From NCBI GenBank assembly GCA_037916645.1, contig JBAIXJ010000103.1, positions 1 to 31,343 on the forward strand: DNA of 31,343 bases. The letters run 5' to 3'. Positions within the stretch are counted from its first letter, which is position 1. Every line of letters starts with the position of its first letter. Below, piece after piece: positions 30,865 through 31,343 of the stretch. A program made the translations under genes and the position numbers. Below the pieces are notes generated by a model. It ran no database searches. It worked only from the letters and a program-made list of their open reading frames with translations, and was not told the DNA's origin. This DNA is from Opitutales bacterium (GTDB lineage Bacteria > Verrucomicrobiota > Verrucomicrobiia > Opitutales > Opitutaceae).

Positions 30865-31343
30865 ATGAACAAGCGTCTCGTGCTGTTGACGTTGGTCGGC
30901 GTCCTGGCGCTGACGTTGGGGTTTTTCAGCTTTGCGCCCTGGCAGGCGGTGACGTTGACGCGTCTCGGTGGCTATTGGCTGGTGCTTCTGACGACCATCC
31001 TGTTTGCCATCGCCCTCATTCGCAGCCTGCGCGACGACGCAGGCGCGGTCCGGGATTGGCGGGCGTGGTGGCGGCCGGCCTTGGTGGCAGTGGCGGCCGC
31101 GTTGTTTCTCCACGTGCATGAGCGGCATGAATTCAAGATCGTGGCCGACGAAGTGGTGCTCCAGCTCACGGCGCAGCGAATGCACTTCGACCGGCAGGCG
31201 GCCGTCGTGGTGCGCGGCTATGACTATGCCGGAGACTTCACCCCCTTCACCACGTTCGTGGACAAGCGTCCGCTGTTCTTTCCCTTCCTGTTATCCGTGG
31301 TGCATGACCTCACGGGTTACCGCGTAACCAACGCGTTTTGGCT
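30865..31343 (+). CDS. Polytopic membrane protein, GT-C-like (ArnT/PMT-type) glycosyltransferase N-terminus (runs off the window)
   Basis: Hand translation, open to the edge (not in track): MNKRLVLLTLVGVLALTLGFFSFAPWQAVTLTRLGGYWLVLLTTILFAIALIRSLRDDAGAVRDWRAWWRPALVAVAAALFLHVHERHEFKIVADEVVLQLTAQRMHFDRQAAVVVRGYDYAGDFTPFTTFVDKRPLFFPFLLSVVHDLTGYRVTNAFW. Three TM segments, then a loop with ADE and DKRPLFFP. Coding status is strong; the family call is moderate. Confidence 0.65.
   Translation, partial: MNKRLVLLTLVGVLALTLGFFSFAPWQAVTLTRLGGYWLVLLTTILFAIALIRSLRDDAGAVRDWRAWWRPALVAVAAALFLHVHERHEFKIVADEVVLQLTAQRMHFDRQAAVVVRGYDYAGDFTPFTTFVDKRPLFFPFLLSVVHDLTGYRVTNAFW

Noticed and set aside
28076-31343. Genomic island integrated at tRNA-Leu
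   Set aside because: No integrase and no duplicated tRNA 3' end seen in the window; the downstream genes nadD and rsfS are core housekeeping genes. The lower GC is explained by promoters and highly expressed genes.
1-31343. CRISPR arrays, IS elements, rRNA, toxin-antitoxin or defence cassettes
   Set aside because: No regularly spaced repeat-spacer units, transposase or integrase motifs, or rRNA-like sequence seen by eye.

Overview
GC-rich bacterial chromosomal segment, most likely Verrucomicrobiota/Opitutaceae (inference from gene style, the short Cys-free type IV pilins and the near-absence of Shine-Dalgarno sites). No integrase, transposase, CRISPR array or rRNA is visible. In order: a truncated secreted heptad-repeat protein; a GH94 glycoside phosphorylase; hisC; a rhomboid protease; a cytidylyltransferase-like/compact GHMP-kinase fusion divergent from a YfcE-type metallophosphoesterase and a CDP-alcohol phosphotransferase; ABM, M48-like peptidase, TerC and MscS genes; a TetR-HlyD-ATPase-ATPase-permease-permease-TolC ABC export operon; an RRM RNA-binding protein; a VOC enzyme; an orphan GspC/PilP-like protein; a Fur-like-box-controlled feoA-feoA-feoB cluster; an MDR oxidoreductase; an unannotated kinase-fold protein; a BadF-type sugar kinase; an RlmI/K-like methyltransferase; upp; tRNA-Leu(TAA); nadD-rsfS; two near-identical type IV pilins; and a truncated GT-C-like membrane protein. 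Genes read by hand that are absent from the ORF track: the two window-edge genes, a 31-aa hydrophobic micro-ORF ATGA-coupled at both ends inside the ABC operon, and a 56-aa Cys-containing membrane protein after feoB. Best candidates for undescribed biology: (1) tandem Ser/Thr-rich pilins plus a terminator-gated GT-C glycosyltransferase (possible pilin glycosylation system), (2) the micro-membrane protein in the efflux operon, (3) the nucleotidyltransferase/mini-GHMP fusion with its CDP-alcohol phosphotransferase neighbour, (4) the atypical kinase-fold protein. All functional calls come from motif reading; no searches were run.
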